Of a DNA stretch of 39,843 nucleotides, positions 38,249 to 39,843 are shown piece by piece. Position 1 is the stretch's first letter, and the number at the start of each line of letters is the position of its first letter. Position numbers and translations under genes: made by a program. The notes below the pieces were generated by a model. That model saw nothing but the letters and a program-made list of their open reading frames with translations, searched no databases and had not been told where the DNA came from. The DNA lies in sequence record SRR22947725_4399; one strand, given 5' to 3'.

Positions 38249-39843
38249 TCAGTTTGTTGAGGCCAGGGCACCTGTCGTCATTCGACGCGCAATGTATTGC
38301 CTGAGGATGGGAATCCCCGTTGATCTCAACAGGGCCAGGCCCTGACCTTGATCAGCGCCGACAACCGGTTCCATTGCATACCAATACATTAACGGAAGGT
38401 TATGATCGTCTTTATCTTCGTCGCGAGCCGTCAACGCTTTGAGGACAGGGAATCGATCTTCAACTTTCGTTCGTTGAAGTGCCGAAGCGATATAAAGACG
38501 CACAAAGGAAGAAGAGTCCTCCGCTGCTAGAATTGCCAGCTTTTCCAACGCCGTTTTCGGAGCGTTGCGATCTTCCCACAGCAACTGGATTGCCCATGCA
38601 CGCACATACTCATTTTCATGTTCCATCAGTCGCAACCCGTATCGGTGAGTGAACCCTCCAATGCCATTCAGGGTCCAAAGAAGTCGGAGCTTGTGGGAAA
38701 TGGAATCCGTCGAGTCGAACATATTTCTAATTTGCCGATAAAGCCGGACATCGCCACCCCGTGCCATCAAAAGCTTGCGAGCCTGAAGTGCGTACCATTC
38801 GTTTTTGTGCAATTGAAGTCTTACCAAACCTGCAGAGGAATGAGCGCGAAGGTCGACCGGAGTCCATGGTTCATTCTTGTAAACCACTTTGTAAATCCTG
38901 CCATTGGATCGATCATGCCCATCTTCGCGTCGGTGATGACATTGGTTGGCGTCATACCAGTCAATCATGTAAGCCGAGCCATTGTGATCATAAAGCATAT
39001 TCAGCACCTGCGACCAACGATCGTTGAAATTCATGAAATCAGGACCATGTTTCCCTACAAATCCAGAACCCGATCGCACTGGGATATCCATATTGATACG
39101 CTGACCATGAATGTTATTCATGAACGCTTGATTGTAATAGAAGTTTGGCCAGCTCCCCCCCTGATACATCATCAGCCCGGAATGTGCATGACCGCCCCCA
39201 ACCTCATCCGAACGATTGTTGGCTGCGTGCGGCCCCTTGCTACCAGCCCAATGCACGTGATCACCGTGAGTCTTGATGTCATCATAAATGAATGGATTTA
39301 AATACGGAGGTGCATTCTCGGGTAAAAAGTTTTGAACACGTTTTTTTTCTTCAAGCGAAATACTGTAATGCTGGCCGCCCTGCCTTTGGTATCGCGCACC
39401 CTGAATCATGTGCCAGAAATGGGGAATCACGCATGCTTCCATGAAAGCCTGGCCGTATGCATCAAAATCAACCCCCCAGGGGTTACTGGTTCCCTCGGCA
39501 AAAACCTCAAATCGGTGTTTTAAAGGATGATAACGCCAAAGGGCTGCATCCACGCGCTGGCGTTCCTCGTGGGGTGTTCCAGGTTCACCTACGAACGAAG
39601 GACAAAACACCCCGTGACATCCATACAACCAACCATCAGGTCCCCAGGTGAAAGTGTTCAATGTTTCGTGTGTATCACGATAGGGATCCCACCCGTCCAA
39701 CAAAATCTCGGGAGCACCATCAGGCTGATCGTTTTGATCATAATCCGGAATAAACATGAGATAAGGGGCAGCCCCGACCCATACACCACCAAAACCCACT
39801 TCCAAGCCACTGATGAGATTGAGACCCTCCATGAAAACGGTTT
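38249..39843 (-). CDS. PVC-type putative dehydrogenase beta-propeller + HEAT repeats, no heme domain in the visible part; 5' end outside window
   Basis: Frame open to window edge (..TVFMEGLNLISG); DTHETLNTFTWGPDGWLYG, GTSNPWG, GHAH, DWYD..QCH; clear paralog of 19732-22764. Confidence 0.88.
   Translation of the reverse strand, partial: TVFMEGLNLISGLEVGFGGVWVGAAPYLMFIPDYDQNDQPDGAPEILLDGWDPYRDTHETLNTFTWGPDGWLYGCHGVFCPSFVGEPGTPHEERQRVDAALWRYHPLKHRFEVFAEGTSNPWGVDFDAYGQAFMEACVIPHFWHMIQGARYQRQGGQHYSISLEEKKRVQNFLPENAPPYLNPFIYDDIKTHGDHVHWAGSKGPHAANNRSDEVGGGHAHSGLMMYQGGSWPNFYYNQAFMNNIHGQRINMDIPVRSGSGFVGKHGPDFMNFNDRWSQVLNMLYDHNGSAYMIDWYDANQCHHRREDGHDRSNGRIYKVVYKNEPWTPVDLRAHSSAGLVRLQLHKNEWYALQARKLLMARGGDVRLYRQIRNMFDSTDSISHKLRLLWTLNGIGGFTHRYGLRLMEHENEYVRAWAIQLLWEDRNAPKTALEKLAILAAEDSSSFVRLYIASALQRTKVEDRFPVLKALTARDEDKDDHNLPLMYWYAMEPVVGADQGQGLALLRSTGIPILRQYIARRMTTGALASTN

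Noticed and set aside
38618..39301. 227-aa plus-strand ORF
   Set aside because: Antisense shadow of the PVC dehydrogenase gene, no motifs
1..39843. CRISPR array, IS element, prophage, defence or toxin-antitoxin system
   Set aside because: No regularly spaced repeats, transposase, integrase, nuclease or phage-like ORFs recognised

Overview
Ordinary chromosomal region (no integrase, transposase, phage or CRISPR array seen) from what is probably a PVC-superphylum bacterium, most likely Verrucomicrobiota. That assignment is inferred from the PVC-type CxxCH dehydrogenases, the greatly extended GreA and the many Tat-exported sugar enzymes. It contains the 3' part of tRNA-Phe(GAA) and housekeeping genes (lptF/G-family permease, dus, accA, prfC, Uup-like ABC-F, arfB, greA, rsmB, uvrA). 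It also carries a 1459-aa fused GH13 + amylo-1,6-glucosidase debranching enzyme and many periplasmic carbohydrate-redox genes: three cytochrome-c-linked beta-propeller dehydrogenase systems, two Gfo/Idh/MocA oxidoreductases, two Tat TIM-barrel proteins and a NagB/AgaI-like isomerase. Items the ORF track does not explain: a decayed sterol-desaturase-family pseudogene (about 3259-4053), a 134-nt strand-specific G-U-rich RNA fold downstream of uvrA (33084-33217), and several sigma70-like promoters ending 6-10 nt before start codons (possible leaderless mRNAs). One PVC dehydrogenase is split into two genes, with a DUF1080 domain added to the cytochrome half. All family calls come from motifs recognised by eye; no database search or folding program was run.
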